From: the human T2T-CHM13v2.0 reference genome, Homo sapiens
Assembly: GCF_009914755.1 (NCBI RefSeq)
Contig: NC_060947.1
Length of the DNA: 64,000 bases
Strand: one strand, 5' to 3'
The notes beneath the pieces are model-generated. The model was not told where the DNA came from and did not search any database. It worked only from the letters and a program-made list of their open reading frames with translations. Positions within the stretch are counted from its first letter, which is position 1. Each line of letters opens with the position of its first letter. The translations under genes were made by a program, and so were the position numbers. Below, in pieces: positions 1 through 14,749 of the stretch.

Positions 1-3000
1 GTCTTGTGCTGGTTTTCAAGGGGAATGCTTCCAGCTTTTGCCCATTAAGTATGATATTGGCTATGGGTTTGTCATAAATAGCTCTTATTATTTTGAGATA
101 CGTTCCATCAATACCTAGTTTATTGAGAGTTTTTAGCATGAAGCGGTGTTGAATTTTATCAAAGGCCTTTTCTGCATCTGTTGAGATAATCATGTGGTTT
201 TTGTCATTGGTTCTGTTTATGTGATGAATTACGTTTATTGATTTGCATATGTTGAACCAACCTTGCATCCCAGGGATGAAGCTGACTTGATCATGGTGGG
301 TAAGCTTTTTGATATGCTGCTGGATTCAGTTTGCAAGTATTTTATTGAGGATTTTCACAGTGATGTTCATCAAGGATATTGGCCTGAAATTTTCTTTTTT
401 TGTTGTGTCTTTGCCAGGTTTTGGTTTCAGGATGATGCTGGCCTCACGAAATGAGTTAGGGAGGAATCCCTCTTCTTCTATTGTTTGGAATAGTTTCAGA
501 CGGAATGGTACCAGCTCCTCTTGTACCTCTGGTAGAATTTAGCTGTGAATCTGGCTGGTCATGGGCTTTTTTTGATTGGTAGGCTATTAATTACTGCTTC
601 AATTTCAGAACTTATTATTGGTCTATTCAGGGATTCGACGTCTTCCTGGTTTAGTCTTGGGAGGGATTATGTGTCCAGGAATTTATCAATTTCTTCTAGA
701 TGTTCTGGTTTATTTGCATAGAGGTATTTATAGTATTCTCTGATGGTAGTTTGTATTTCTGTGGGATCAGTGTTGATCTTCAATTTATCAGTTTTTATTG
801 TGTCTATCTGATTCTTCTCTCTTTTCTTCTTTATTAGTCTGGCTAGCGGTCTATTTTGTTAATCTTTCCAAAAAAAACAGTTCCTGTATTCATTGATTTT
901 TTGAAGGGTTTTTCTTGTCTCTATCTCCTTCAGTTCTGCTCTGATCTTAGTTATTTCTTATCTTCTGCCAGTTTTTGAATTTGTTTGCTCTTGCTTCTCT
1001 AGTTCTTTTAATTGTGATGTTAGGGTGTCAGTTTTAGATCTTTCCCGCTTTGTCCTGTGGGCATTTAGTGCTATAAATTTCCCTCTAAACACTGCTTTAG
1101 CTCTGTTGCAGAGATTCTGGTATGTTCCGTCTTTGTTCTTATTGGTTTCAAAAAACTTGTTTATTTCTGCCTTAATTTCGTTGTTTACCTAGTAGTCATT
1201 CAAGAGCAGGTCGTTCAGTTTCTGTGTAGCTGTGCGGTTTTGAGTGAGTTTCTTAATCCTGAGTTCTAATTTGATTGCACTGTGATCTGAGAGACTATGA
1301 TTTCCATTCTTTTGCATTCTGTTGTTATGATTTCCATTCTTTTGCCTTTGTTGAGGAGTATTTTACTTCCAATTATGTGGTCAATTTTAGAATAAGTGTG
1401 ATGTGGTGCTGAGAAAAATGTATATTCAGTTGATTTGGGGTAGATATCTTTTAGGTCCATTTGGTCCAGAGCTGAGTTCAAGTCCTGAATATCCTTGTTA
1501 ATTTTCTGTCTCGTCTATCTGTCTAATATTGACAGTGGGGTGTTAAAGTCTCCCACTATTATTGTGTGGGAGTATAAGTCTCTTTGTAGGTCTTTAAGAA
1601 TTTGTTTTATGAACCTGGGTGCTCCTGTATTGGGTGCATATATATTTAGGATAGTTAGCTCTTCTTGTTGCATTGATCCCTTTACCATTATGTAATGCCC
1701 TTCTTTGTCTTTTTTGATCTTTGTTGGTTTAAAGTCTGTTTTATCAGAGACTAGGATTGCAACCCCTACTTTTTTTGCTTTCCATTTGCTTGGTAAATAT
1801 TCTTCCATCCCTTTATTTTGAGCTTATATGTGTCTTTGCACGTGATATGGGTCTCCTGAATACAGCACACTGATGGGTCTTGACTCTTTATCCAATTTGC
1901 CAGTCTGTGTCTTTTAATTGGGGCATTTAGCCCATTTGTATTTTAGGTTAATATTGTTATGTGTAAATTTGATACTGTCATTATGATGCTAGCTCGTTAT
2001 TTTGCCCATTAGTTGATGCCATTTCTTCATAGTGTCGATAGTCTTTACAATTAGTTACGTTTTTGCAGTGGCTGGTACTGGTTTTTCCTTTCCATGTTTA
2101 GTGCTTCCTTCAGGAGCTATTGTAAGGCAGTCCTGGTGGTGACAAAATCTCTCAGAATTTGCTTGTCTATAAAGGATTTTATTTCTCCTTCACTTATGAA
2201 GATTAGTTTGTCTGGATATGAAATTCTGGGTTGAGAATTCTTTTCTTTAAGAATGTTGAATATTGGCCCCCACTCTCTTCTTGTAGGGTTTCTGCCGAGA
2301 GATCAGCTGTTAGTCTGATGGGCTTCCCTTTGTGGGTAACCCGACCTTTCTCTCTGGCTGCCTTTAACATTTTTTCCTTCATTTCAGATTGGTGAATCTG
2401 ACAATTATGTGTCTTGGGGTTGTTCTTCTCAAGGAATATCTTTGTGGTGTTCTCTGTATTTCCTGAATTTGAGTATTGGCCTGCCTTCCTAGGTTGGGGA
2501 AGTTCTCTTGGATAATATCCTGAAGAGTGTTTTCCAACTTGGTTCCATTCTCCCTGTCACTTTCTGGTACACCAATCAAAGGTAGGTTTGGTCTTTTCAC
2601 ATAGTCCCATATTTCTTGGAGGCTTTGTTCATTCCTCTTCATTCTTTTTTCTCTAATCTTGTCTTCCTACTTTATTTCATTAAGTTGATCTTCAATCTCT
2701 GATATCTTTTCTTCTGCTTGATCGATTCAGCTATTGACACTTGTGTATGCTTCATGAAGTTCTCATGCTGTGTTTTTGAGCTCCGTCAGGTCATTTATGT
2801 TCTCTAAACTGGTTATTCTAGTTAGCAATTTCTCTAACCTTTCTTCAAGGTGGTTAGCTTCCTTGCATTGCATTAGAACATGCTCCTTTAGCTCAGAGGA
2901 GTTTGTTATTACCCACCTTCTGAAGTCTACTGTCAGTTCGTCAAACTCATTCTTCATCCAGTTTTGTTCCCTTGCTGGCAAGGAGTTGTGATCCTTTGGA

Positions 3001-4391
3001 GGAGAAGAGACATTCTGGTTTTTGGAATTTTCGGCCTTTTTGTGCTGGTTTTTCCTCATCTTCATGGATTTATCTACCTTTGGTCTTTGATGTTGGTGAC
3101 CTTCAGATGGGGTTTCTGTGTGGATGTCCTTTTTTTGATGTTGATGCTATTCCTTTCTGTTTGTTAGTTTTCCTTCTAACAGTCAGGCCCCTCTGCTGCA
3201 GGTCTGCTTAAGTTTGCTGGAGGTCCACTCCAGACCCTGTTTGCCTGGGTATCACCAGCAGAGGCTGCAGAACAGCCAAGATTGCTGCCTGCTCCTTCCT
3301 CTGGAATCTTCATCCCAGAGGGGCACCTGCCAGATGCCAGCCAGAGCTCTCCTGTATGAGGTGTCCGTCAACCCCTGCTGGGAGGTGTCTCCCAGTCAGG
3401 AGGCATGGGGGTCAGGGATCCACTTGAGGAAGCAGTCTGTCCCTTAGCAGAGTTGAAGCACTGTGCGCTGCTCTCTTCAGAGCTGGCAGGCAGGAATGTT
3501 TAAGTTGCTGAAGCTGTGCTTACAGCTGCTCCATCCCCCAGGTGCTCTGTCCCATGAAGATGGGAGTTTTATCTATAAGCCCCTGACTGGGGCTGCTGAC
3601 TTTCTTTCAGTGATGCCCTGCCCAGAGAGGAGAAATCTAGAGAGGTAGTCTGGCTACAGCAGCTTTGCTGAGCTGTGGTGGGCTCTGGCCAGTTTCAACT
3701 TCCCTGTGGCTTTCTTTACACTGTGAGGGGAAAACTGCCTACTCAAGCCTCAATAATGGTGGTTGCCCTTCCCTCCACCAAGCTCAAGCATCCTAGGTCC
3801 ACTTCAGACTGCTGTGCTGGCAGTGAGAATTTCAAGCCAGTGGATCTTAGCTTGCTGGGCTCCATGGGGGTGGGATCCGTTGAGCTAGACCACTTGGCTC
3901 CCTGGCTTCAGCTCCCTTTCCAGGGGAGTGAACACTTCTGTCTCGCTGGTGTTCCAGACACCACTAGGGTATAAAAAAAAACTCCTGCAGCTAGCTTGGT
4001 GTCTGCCCAAATGGCCGCCCAGTTTTGTGCTTGAAATCCAGGGCCCTGGTGGCATAGGCATCCGAGGGAGTGTCCTGGTGTGCGGGTTGTGAAGACCATG
4101 GGGAAAGTGTAGTATCTGGGCTGGAATGCACCGTTCCTCATGGCACAGTCCCTCATGGCTTCCCTTGGCTAGGGTAGGGAGTTCCCCGACCCCTTGTGCT
4201 TCCTAGGTGAGGCGATTCCCCACCCTGCTTCAGCTCACCCCCCGTGGGCTGCACCCACTGTCTAACCAGTCCCAATGAGATGAACTGGGTACCTCAGTTG
4301 GAAATGCACAAATCACCTGCCTTCTGTATTGATCTTGCTGGGAGCTGCAGACCGGAGCTGTTCCTATTCGGCCATCTTGCCAGCCACCTCC
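1..4391 (-). mobile_element. L1PA7/L1PA8-like LINE-1 with complete 5'UTR, disrupted ORF1 (~3065-2040) and 5' part of ORF2 (from ~1981, runs off window); antisense in the last YIPF6 intron
   Basis: Minus strand starts GGAGGTGGCTGGCAAGATGGCCGAATAGGAACAGCTC; ORF1 peptides (KRNEQSLQEIWDYVKRPNL) and endonuclease peptides (ILNIYAPNTGAP, IIVGDFNTPLS) in ORF track; multiple frameshifts. Confidence 0.95.
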
Positions 4392-4394
4392 TGT

Positions 4395-4890
<496 letters not shown>

Positions 4891-5339
4891 TGATTCTTGA
4901 TGAGTAAAACGATGATTAGGTTTTTCTTAGATGGACAAGGGAGGGATGGCGTTTAAAAGAGCTGACAATTTCAGAAGCACAGTTAGCTCAAAAAGCAGAG
5001 CAGCACGAGGCCGTTTACCATAGGAACAAATAACCTTACACATCTTTGTAAGCCTTTTCAGTACAGTTCAATAACTTTTCCAGAAAAGGGTAAAAAACTC
5101 CTTTTAGAAAGATTTCCATCCAAAATGGTTTAGTACTTGAAATAAGTCCTCGGCCTCGGCTCTCTGAAAAACTATGTTGCAGAATGCCTTTATCTCTGAG
5201 GATCACCAGTATAACTAAACTTTTAGTGTAATTCTGTGTTCTAGATGATGCCAAGCTCATGAATGTTTAGTAAATGTTAATAGTTGTGACAATATTACTG
5301 TATTAAACATTCCTTTTTGTTTTGTCTTGTTTTGTTTAG

Positions 5340-5458
5340 CCTCCACAGCTTTCCTTGCTGATAGCCAGCCTCCAAACCGCAGAGCCCTAGCTGTTTATCC
5401 TGTTTTCCTGTTTTACTTTGTCATCAGTTGGATGATTCTCACCTTTACTCCTCAGTAA
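5340..5458 (+). CDS. YIPF6: YIPF6 terminal coding exon (C-terminal TM segment of Yip1-domain Golgi protein)
   Basis: Polypyrimidine tract and ttttgtttag acceptor (AG 5338-5339); phase-1 exon translates (A)STAFLADSQPPNRRALAVYPVFLFYFVISWMILTFTPQ then TAA 5456-5458, matching the recalled YIPF6 C-terminus. Confidence 0.95.
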
Positions 5459-7577
5459 ATCAGGAATGGGAAATTAAAAACCAGTGAATTGAAAGCACAT
5501 CTGAAAGATGCAATTCACCATGGAGCTTTGTCTCTGGCCCTTATTTGTCTAATTTTGGAGGTATTTGATAACTGAGTAGGTGAGGAGATTAAAAGGGAGC
5601 CATATAGCACTGTCACCCCTTATTTGAGGAACTGATGTTTGAAAGGCTGTTCTTTTCTCTCTTAATGTCATTTCTTTAAAAATACATGTGCATACTACAC
5701 ACAGTATATAATGCCTCCTTAAGGCATGATGGAGTCACCGTGGTCCATTTGGGTGACAACCAGTGACTTGGGAAGCACATAGATACATCTTACAAGTTGA
5801 ATAGAGTTGATAACTATTTTCAGTTTTGAGAATACCAGTTCAGGTGCAGCTCTTAAACACATTGCCTTATGACTATTAGAATATGCCTCTCTTTTCATAA
5901 ATAAAAATACATGGTCTATATCCATTTTCTTTTATTTCTCTCTCTTAAGCTTAAAAAGGCAATGAGAGAGGTTAGGAGTGGGTTCATACACGGAGAATGA
6001 GAAAACATGCATTAACCAATATTCAGATTTTGATCAGGGGAAATTCTACACTTGTTGCAAAAAAAAAAAAAAAAAAAGCAAAGGGCCTCTAAAGAATCAG
6101 CCTCTTTGGTCCCTTTGTGCTGTCACCTTTTTGCCATGTTTAACAGCATCTTGGTTGGCACTCTAGTCTTAATCTTGCTCCTTAACTTTGAATATGCAGT
6201 CTAAAATGTCAGTAGTCAACATGTAATTTTCCTTTGAAATTCTGAATATTCCAGTGCTGGAACTTATCCAAAAAGAAGACCTCAGAAACTTAGATTGGTA
6301 GATCTCTAGTGCATATTATCATGTGGGCACCTTCTCTTAGGGTGGAATGAGGCAGTCTGGATGCAGCATAGTTAAAAGGAGCTGTTTAATATTCTCTGTA
6401 GTCTGGCCTCTTAACTAGAAAGTAAAGCTAAATCAGAAGCCTGTATTTAACCATGTGAACAGGGAGGGATTTAGTGTTCTGATGGCTGATTAATAGAACA
6501 GCTAGATACTTAGAGCATGACGTGGGATGGGATGAGTTTACAGCTGCTGCCTTTTCATGGTGAGCTTAGCAGTTTTCTCATTAGATGTGTTTTTTTGGGT
6601 TGGGGAATAGCAATTTATTTTATTGATTTTAGACTTTATCAAGCTAATTAGCTCCCCTTTAGATAAGTACATGTTGCACATGTGCACCTACTTGTAATCT
6701 CAGATATTTATGCACACAAGTGTGAAGGTTTTTCAGGGAGCAGAGCATCTGGGACAGGCTGATTCTGAGCTAAACAGGGCTCCTTTAAGGCAATATGAAC
6801 TGTTGCCTTCTATAAATTGCACATTGAGGAACTCTAATAGACAAAGATTAGGTGTCAGGCAGAAAACACTCATTGTAAATATACTATTAGTTGATAAACA
6901 TAGGACTTTCTTATTCCCCAGTTTTTCTTTATCATATAATTTAAATATTTATTCATTTTGTATTTAAAGACTACCTACACATAGATATATGATTCCAAAG
7001 TCATACTTTCTCCATCCCCACATTAGCCAAGTGAATACAGGGCCAAATGGGTTCTTGGAATGATAATAACAAAGCATTACAAAGTGGGTCCCCTTGGTTC
7101 CAGCCTTGTCCAGAGTTTTTGGTTATATATTTCTATTTATTACAATTTACCTTTTAAATTGTAAAATAAACCTTTGTGTGGACAGAGCCAATGTTTCAAT
7201 CTTGAATGAGTAAAGAAAATACTTTGGAACTGATCCTCATTTTGAAATTGGTTCTAAATTATTATCCATTTCCAATGTCTGAAATTCTCTTACTTCCTGC
7301 TAAAACTCTCTTTCTGCCAAAGTTGTTTCGTAATCTGTCTCAATGACTATAATGTAAAATTAAAGAAGTAACCATGCTTCTCAAGGGGGAATTAAAAGTG
7401 TTTATTGAATTTTACTCAGGCTAATTGTTTGGTCAGAAATTCCTAAGGCCACAGCTTTGGGGGGTTCGTGTAGATGTACATGGTGGGTGGGTTATAAATA
7501 TTGGGACTTAAGGCAGCTTGTTCTATGTATTTATCTTTGCTCTTGGGTGACTTAGGGAATGATTTTATTTGATTTAA

Positions 7578-8052
<475 letters not shown>

Positions 8053-9134
8053 TGAAGGTTGATAAAATGGATGTTCAATTGTCTTTCTGAAAGTGAGTGG
8101 CTTGAAGGGATGAATAAATATTTTCTTAATATATTCAAAAAAGTGCATTGCTTTCTGTGATGGAAGTTAAGACCTAAATGTCTGGAAGTTGTAACCCTCA
8201 ACACAGCTTTTCCTGATTTGCTGCAAAGGCACATAGCTGATTATAGAAGTGAAGACGGCAAGGACGGGGACTCCAACAAAGGAAACCCTGTTGCAGGATT
8301 TGGGAACTTTCATGCTTCAGATGAAATTCAGGCATGTGAGCATCACTGCAGAATGTGGTGCATCATTGCCATCATGAGTAATCACTTGCTGCTCCTACTT
8401 CTGAGACCAAGACTCTTTTGTCATATTCTTTAGCAATAGGACGGGTAAAGACTGGATTTAATTGCTGTTCAGAGTATAAAAACTCAATTGATTCCAACAT
8501 ATCTGAATGTGCAGTAAAGTCTTAAAAGTCAACCGTTAATCATTAAGTCTTTTGCCTCTAAAGTCTTTTGCCTCTGAAGAGGTTTATTACATGAGTTGAT
8601 TTTCATATTTTCATTTTGGTGGGGTTTTCCTGTTGTTGGGCAAGGTGGGGTCACAGGACATGGGACTAGTAAGCATTTTACTGTTTACTATATTTGTCTT
8701 TTTATAAACAGTATCTCCCAAAATGTGATTAGAAGGCTACCAAGCCTGTATTTGGACATTTAATTGTGTGCTTTATATAATGTAACTACTAACAGTATTT
8801 GGACTGCCTGTTCATTCCTGGAGACAAAAATGAAAATCTGTCAGTTCAAGTTCTTGGGTAACATCAAGTCATTAGAATTTATCTAAAGCTTATCATGATT
8901 TGATAAGACATCCATTGCATGCAGCTGTTTTAGCTCAGTGCAAAACACTGAAATTGTGATTCTTAGACTGTTTCTGAGACATTTGGATGGAAATAAATGT
9001 ATAAATGTTAATTCATGTATATAAATTAGAAACACTTTTCTAGATTCTGTAGGCTTTTGTTAAAAATAGAGAATTTCTTGGGGTTTACTTAGGCCACAGA
9101 ATGGCCAAATAATAATAATGACAATGATATTACT

Positions 9135-9870
<736 letters not shown>

Positions 9871-9935
9871 TTGATTTACAACAGTAATAACACATTAGAT
9901 GAGAACACAGTAGGACACAATTTTGAATTCCATTT

Positions 9936-10100
9936 TTATGTACCTGAAATGAATACACCCCTCCCCCAAGGTATTTTCCCTATTGTTAGCCTTTGTACCC
10001 TAGGTACAAATATAGGTATTTTCCCTATTGTGTTATGTACCTGAAATGAATACACCCTTCCCCCAAGGTATTTTCCCTATTGTTAGCCTTTGTACCCTAG
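9936..10100. repeat. 68-bp direct duplication with 29-bp templated junction
   Basis: 9936-10003 and 10033-10100 identical except one base. Confidence 0.95.
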
Positions 10101-10672
10101 AACTGACTGGATGTAGATAACATTTGTTTTCAGAGTAATGGAACACTGTATCAGCAGCATCTGAGAACATAAGAACAGTTGGACATTGGAAAGAGGTTTG
10201 TTGCCCTCATCCCTCCTTGAACCTCTTTTCTCTCCCGCTTCCACCACCACCACACATATATACCCCTTTTTCTCAGTCTTAAGCATCAAACAATTTCTGC
10301 CTCTTTCTTTTTAATTCTCCCAGAGGGATGGTTAATGCATCACAATTTAACTTGTCTATTCAGGTATTAATAGTCAAGGGATGCATCTGTTTGCTTATAG
10401 TACCAGTTATATTCCTAGGACCTTAGAGAGCAGTAGTGTGAGAATAGAATGCCTTTCTATTTGGGTTAAACTATGTGGGAGGAAAAAGTAACAGAGTAAA
10501 GGCTTTGCCTTAATGAAGTCAAGTGTTCTGCCTGGTGGGAAGTGGCCACACGCTGCACTGCGCTGCTCTTGTTTACTCTGTTCTTTCAGAGCCTTTGTAC
10601 TTTGCCATCACTGCTAGTAATTTCTTGGTCCTTTTCAATACTCCATTTTAATCTTGATTTTTTTCTATAAAT

Positions 10673-10755
10673 AATAAATCTGTGAAAAATCTGTAAAAAG
10701 ATTTGTGACTATTAAATGTGCAACTAAAAACACTGGAAAAAGAATTTGTGTGTGC
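10673..10755 (+). terminator. Probable distal polyadenylation site of YIPF6
   Basis: AATAAA 10673-10678, ATTAAA 10711-10716, U-rich upstream, GU-rich downstream element ~10746-10754. Confidence 0.65.
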
Positions 10756-10989
10756 CTATTCTTGTACTGAAGGCACAGAGATTTGCTACATACTGATTTC
10801 AGATATATTGTCATCCGACAATATTGAATGCTTTGTAAATTGGGCAGGGAGCAAGTAAGAAAGGGAAGTCACATTTATTGAGCAAATGCTGTATACCATG
10901 CCAGGCACTTTATTAGTTGCTTTACAAACAGTATCTCTGATTGACAGCAGCCTTTTGAGATCAGAGGCATTATCCTTAAAGTTGGATCT

Positions 10990-11286
10990 GGCTGGGTTTC
11001 GAGGCTCACACCTATAATCCCAGTGCTTTGGGAGCCCGAGGAGGCAGGATCTCTTGAGCCTAGGAGTTCAAGACCAGCCTGGGCAACATAGGGAGACTCT
11101 TTCTTTAAAAAAAAAAAAAAAAGCCAGACTTGGTCTTGTGTGCCTGTAGTCCCAGCTACTCGGGAGGCTGGGGCGGGAAGATTGCTTGAGCTCAGGAGTT
11201 CGAAGATGCTGTGAGGTACAATGGTGCAACTCCAGCCTGGGCGGCAGGCTGAGACCCTGTGTCAAAATAAATAAATAAATAAAAAT
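10990..11286 (+). mobile_element. AluJ inserted in a MIR
   Basis: Diverged dimer with A-rich linker and (TAAA) tail; MIR-like sequence on both sides. Confidence 0.88.
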
Positions 11287-12732
11287 TTTAAAAAGTTGAG
11301 AGATCCGAGACTCAGGTTAAATTGCCCAGAGTCACATAGTGAATGGTGCAACCAGAATTCAAACTCAGGTTTTATGACTGCATGGCCTTTTTTTTTTTTT
11401 TCTATATTGGTTCTTTGCCAAATTAAAACCATACCTACCCACTTAAATGAAGCTAAGCTGGGCCAATCAGGCAATTTAGGAGCTTGGTGAGAAAAACTGG
11501 GTTTTCAGCTTTCTGCTGGGGGCTATACCTGTTCCCGCTCTTGACTTATAAACTACTTGGATAAACAAAATTCCGCATAGCCCTACACACATAATAGTTG
11601 AAAAATGTCATGGCTTTTATTTTTGGTACCAAATAAAAGAGCAGAGTGATCTGTAAAAATAAGAAGTCTGTGAAGTATTGAGAGAATGTGTATCATCCAA
11701 GAGAAGAGGAAGGGCATTCCCAATGGTAGAGAATACTTAGGAGCAAAGATAAGAGGCAAAAAGCAGGTCTGTCTGTACAGCTGTTCACATGCACATGTGA
11801 GTGTGGCACCTTGTTCTGTACGTAATCACAATGCATTGTGACACTTCATTTTCCTAGCTGCCTTTATTTTACATCACTGTGCAAAGTAGATAAAGCTGAT
11901 TATCTTATAGCTAAAGAAATAGGCTCAGAGAAGTATGTCCTGGGTTATAAAGTCAGTCTCAAGAATGCAATTGGTTGTTCCTCATGTTAATCCAATCTTT
12001 CATTTTCTAATGAGAATGCAAAAGTTGAAGTGAATTCAACTGAATTGGGAAATGGAAGAAATTAGTTGGCTAAGATGAGACCAAATTATTGAGAGTAGGT
12101 ATTGAAAACCAGGGAATTGTGAAGTTAGGTCTTACTGTGGTGGGAAATAGGGTGACTTCAAGGGGAATATCTTGATGAAAGTGACCTCAAAGGAATAAAT
12201 GGGAACATGGTGGGAAATTGGATTGGGAGGAAGGTAGAGGGAAGAAAAGAGTGTGAATATATTTCTAAGCTGTAAGTCTGAAGTCGGGAAGAATGGCGGG
12301 CTAACAGTTGTGGAGGTACTGACTTTGGCTGTCACAGTGGTGATATTCTACAGACCACTGAAAATAGGCGCCTGGAGGGTAGTATTATAGAAGTCATTGC
12401 TATAAATGTAAATTTGAGCTTACAGATGTGATGAATATTGAGAGAACACTGTCCCAGGCACAGTCTTGATGACAACCACAGTGCTGGATGATAGACCTAT
12501 GAAAAGGAGCCAGAAAGATGAGGAGGAAGTTATGAAGCTAACACTTACCTACCATGGATTTTCACATTGCTATCTTCATCTAACACTAACCCTGTGAGAT
12601 CATTCCCTCCATTTTTTTCAGAAGAGGAAGAAGTTTGGATTCAATACCTTGCCCACAGTAAGTGGCTGAGGTGGAATGTGAATACAGGTCTGTCTGAACT
12701 CCAAAGCCTTGGTGCTTTCTGCTCTGCTGTTA

Positions 12733-12880
12733 CCACCATGCCCGATTAATTTTTGTATTTTTTGTAGAGATGGGGTTTCGCCATGTTGCCCATGCCAATC
12801 TTGGACTCCTGAGCTCAAGCGATCCACCCATCTCAGCCTCCCAAAGTGCTGGGATTACAGGCATGAGCCACCACACAGCC
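12733..12880 (-). mobile_element. AluJ left arm / FLAM
   Basis: tttttgtagagatggggtttcgccatgttgccc...gagccacca. Confidence 0.82.
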
Positions 12881-12901
12881 AAATGTTTTATTTATTTAAG
12901 T

Positions 12902-13008
12902 AAAAACATGGAAGTGTTGATGAATGTGTGTGTCGTCCTTCTGCAGGGGCCATGCTAATATTCTCCCTATCGTTCCAATTTTAGTATATATGCTGCCTAA
13001 GTAAGCAC
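12902..13008 (-). pseudogene. Full-length U6 snRNA retropseudogene
   Basis: Reverse complement GTGCTTACTTAGGCAGCATATATACTAAAATTGGAACGATAGGGAGAATATTAGCATGGCCCCTGC...CATGTTTTT aligns to U6 over 107 nt; ACAGAGA box mutated; A-rich tail follows. Confidence 0.93.
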
Positions 13009-13889
13009 TCCAAAAGTATTGATAGGTAGGAGATGGAGGCTCCTGGTATTTGTTCCTTATTTGTAGATTCAGATCAGGCACAGAACATTAGAGATTAAAA
13101 GAATGTTATCGATAATTGGTTCAATTTGCTCATTTTACCAATGAAAAACTGAGGCTCAGAGAGGGAAAGTCATTTACCCAATGTTGTTCAAAGGAACCAG
13201 ACTAAAACTTAGTTTTTTTCATTTCTGGTTCACTGCTTTTTCTACTATGTGAGAGTACAGTAGCTAAAAGGGTGACAACCTCATGCAGGTTAAAAAAACA
13301 AACAACAAACAAAAAAAAACAAATCCACAATTTTTTTTTTTTTTTTGAGATGGAGTCAGAAATACAATCCAGGGTAGTGGGGCTGGTGCTATAGCTTCAG
13401 AACCAAGAGTGGGAATGTGTTCCCTTCCAGCTATGGTCCAGATGCCAACCTGCTCTCATCCAAACTTCTCGAAAAAGCTTGTCTACATTCATGTTCACTT
13501 CTCAACCAACTGCAGTCTGGCTTCATGCCCATGTCATGAACATTCTCAGAGAGTGACTACTCTCACTAAAATTGCTAAGTCCTTACCTTACTCTACTGCA
13601 CTGATGCTGTTGTAAACTCCTATTCCTCCTGGAAACATTTTTCTTTCTTGTCTTCCATGACAGCTAACTCCCTTGATTGTCAAAATAGTCTATTTCTTCT
13701 TAAAGAACTCCTCTTCTTCCACCTGCCCCTTGAAACTGAGTGTTTTCTCTGCCTTCTGCTCTTTTCAATCTAGAAATTCTCCCTAGATATAAAAATTCAC
13801 TCTCATAATTTCACCTACCATTCAAACTATTCAAACTGTTATTTTTTTTTATTTCTCCCCAGCATGCATTTTCATCTTCTTTCTAGTTG

Positions 13890-14265
13890 CTTTGGAGAAT
13901 TCCTCCCTTACTAGATTGACCTAGACTGAGCCACGTTACCACCTTTCCTTGATCACAGTGATTAAGTAATGAATACTTAAGCCAAGATGGGCCATTCAGA
14001 GGCCTTTCCAGGTTTTTTTCTGCTAGACCTAAGAAGCCAGACTGTCTTCCTTTTGTATTATGAGTTGTAAAGATGCAAGCCTGGGGTGGTCAGTGGCCAA
14101 CTTTTTCATCACAATAGTAGAAGAGAATGAGTGTATCACAGGAAGAGAAGCTGGCACTGAGGGAAGCTTCATGAGGTTTGAGCCTGAGTCCAGCTGTGCC
14201 TGAAGGCAGTGAGCTCCATCCTCAGATGGATGAGCCAATAAGTCAGCTTGAGGAGTTCTGATGAC
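13890..14265 (+). mobile_element. Old MaLR LTR (MLT1J/K-like) within L2 remnants
   Basis: tccagctgtgcctgaag and tgagccaataa MLT1-type motifs. Confidence 0.5.
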
Positions 14266-14749
14266 TCCAGAATCTCCAGTTTATGACTCTGACGTGTGAT
14301 TTCTAGAATGATACAGAAATAATTGCTGGACCATCACTTGAATGTCTCATTGCTTTTTAAACTCGTCATGTCTCAACTAGACTGGGCAGGTCCCCCAAAC
14401 CCTGCTCCTCCTATGTTCCTTATTTTGGAGAACCACTGCTATACCTAGTTACCCAAGTCAGTAATCTGATAATTGCCCTTAATGCCCCCTTCACTTTCTT
14501 ATATCCATTCAGTCACCAGTCCTGCTAATTTTACCCAACAAACATTTCTCAACTCCATATCTTACTCCGTATCCCCACTGTCACGGTTTGGTTCAGGTTC
14601 TCATCTCTTTTTTGGCCTATAGAAACAACTACGTAGGTAATCTGCTTCCATGTTGCCCTGCTCAAATCCATTTCTCATACTGTTGTCAGAGTGACATACT
14701 TCAAGTGTATATTTGACCCTCTCTTCAGTTTAAATTGCCCTACTGCCTT

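Noticed and set aside
1296-1345. 20-bp duplication tatgatttccattcttttgc in L1 ORF2
   Set aside because: Small local duplication in a dead element
8545-8575. 16-bp tandem duplication aagtcttttgcctct in the UTR
   Set aside because: Ordinary slippage; two copies only, not an array
9936-10100. Repeat-spacer-repeat look resembling a CRISPR array
   Set aside because: Mammalian DNA, two copies, spacer derived from the repeat itself, no cas genes
13331-13357. T16 plus 11 nt of Alu 3' end
   Set aside because: Too short and no clean TSD to tell extreme truncation from deletion
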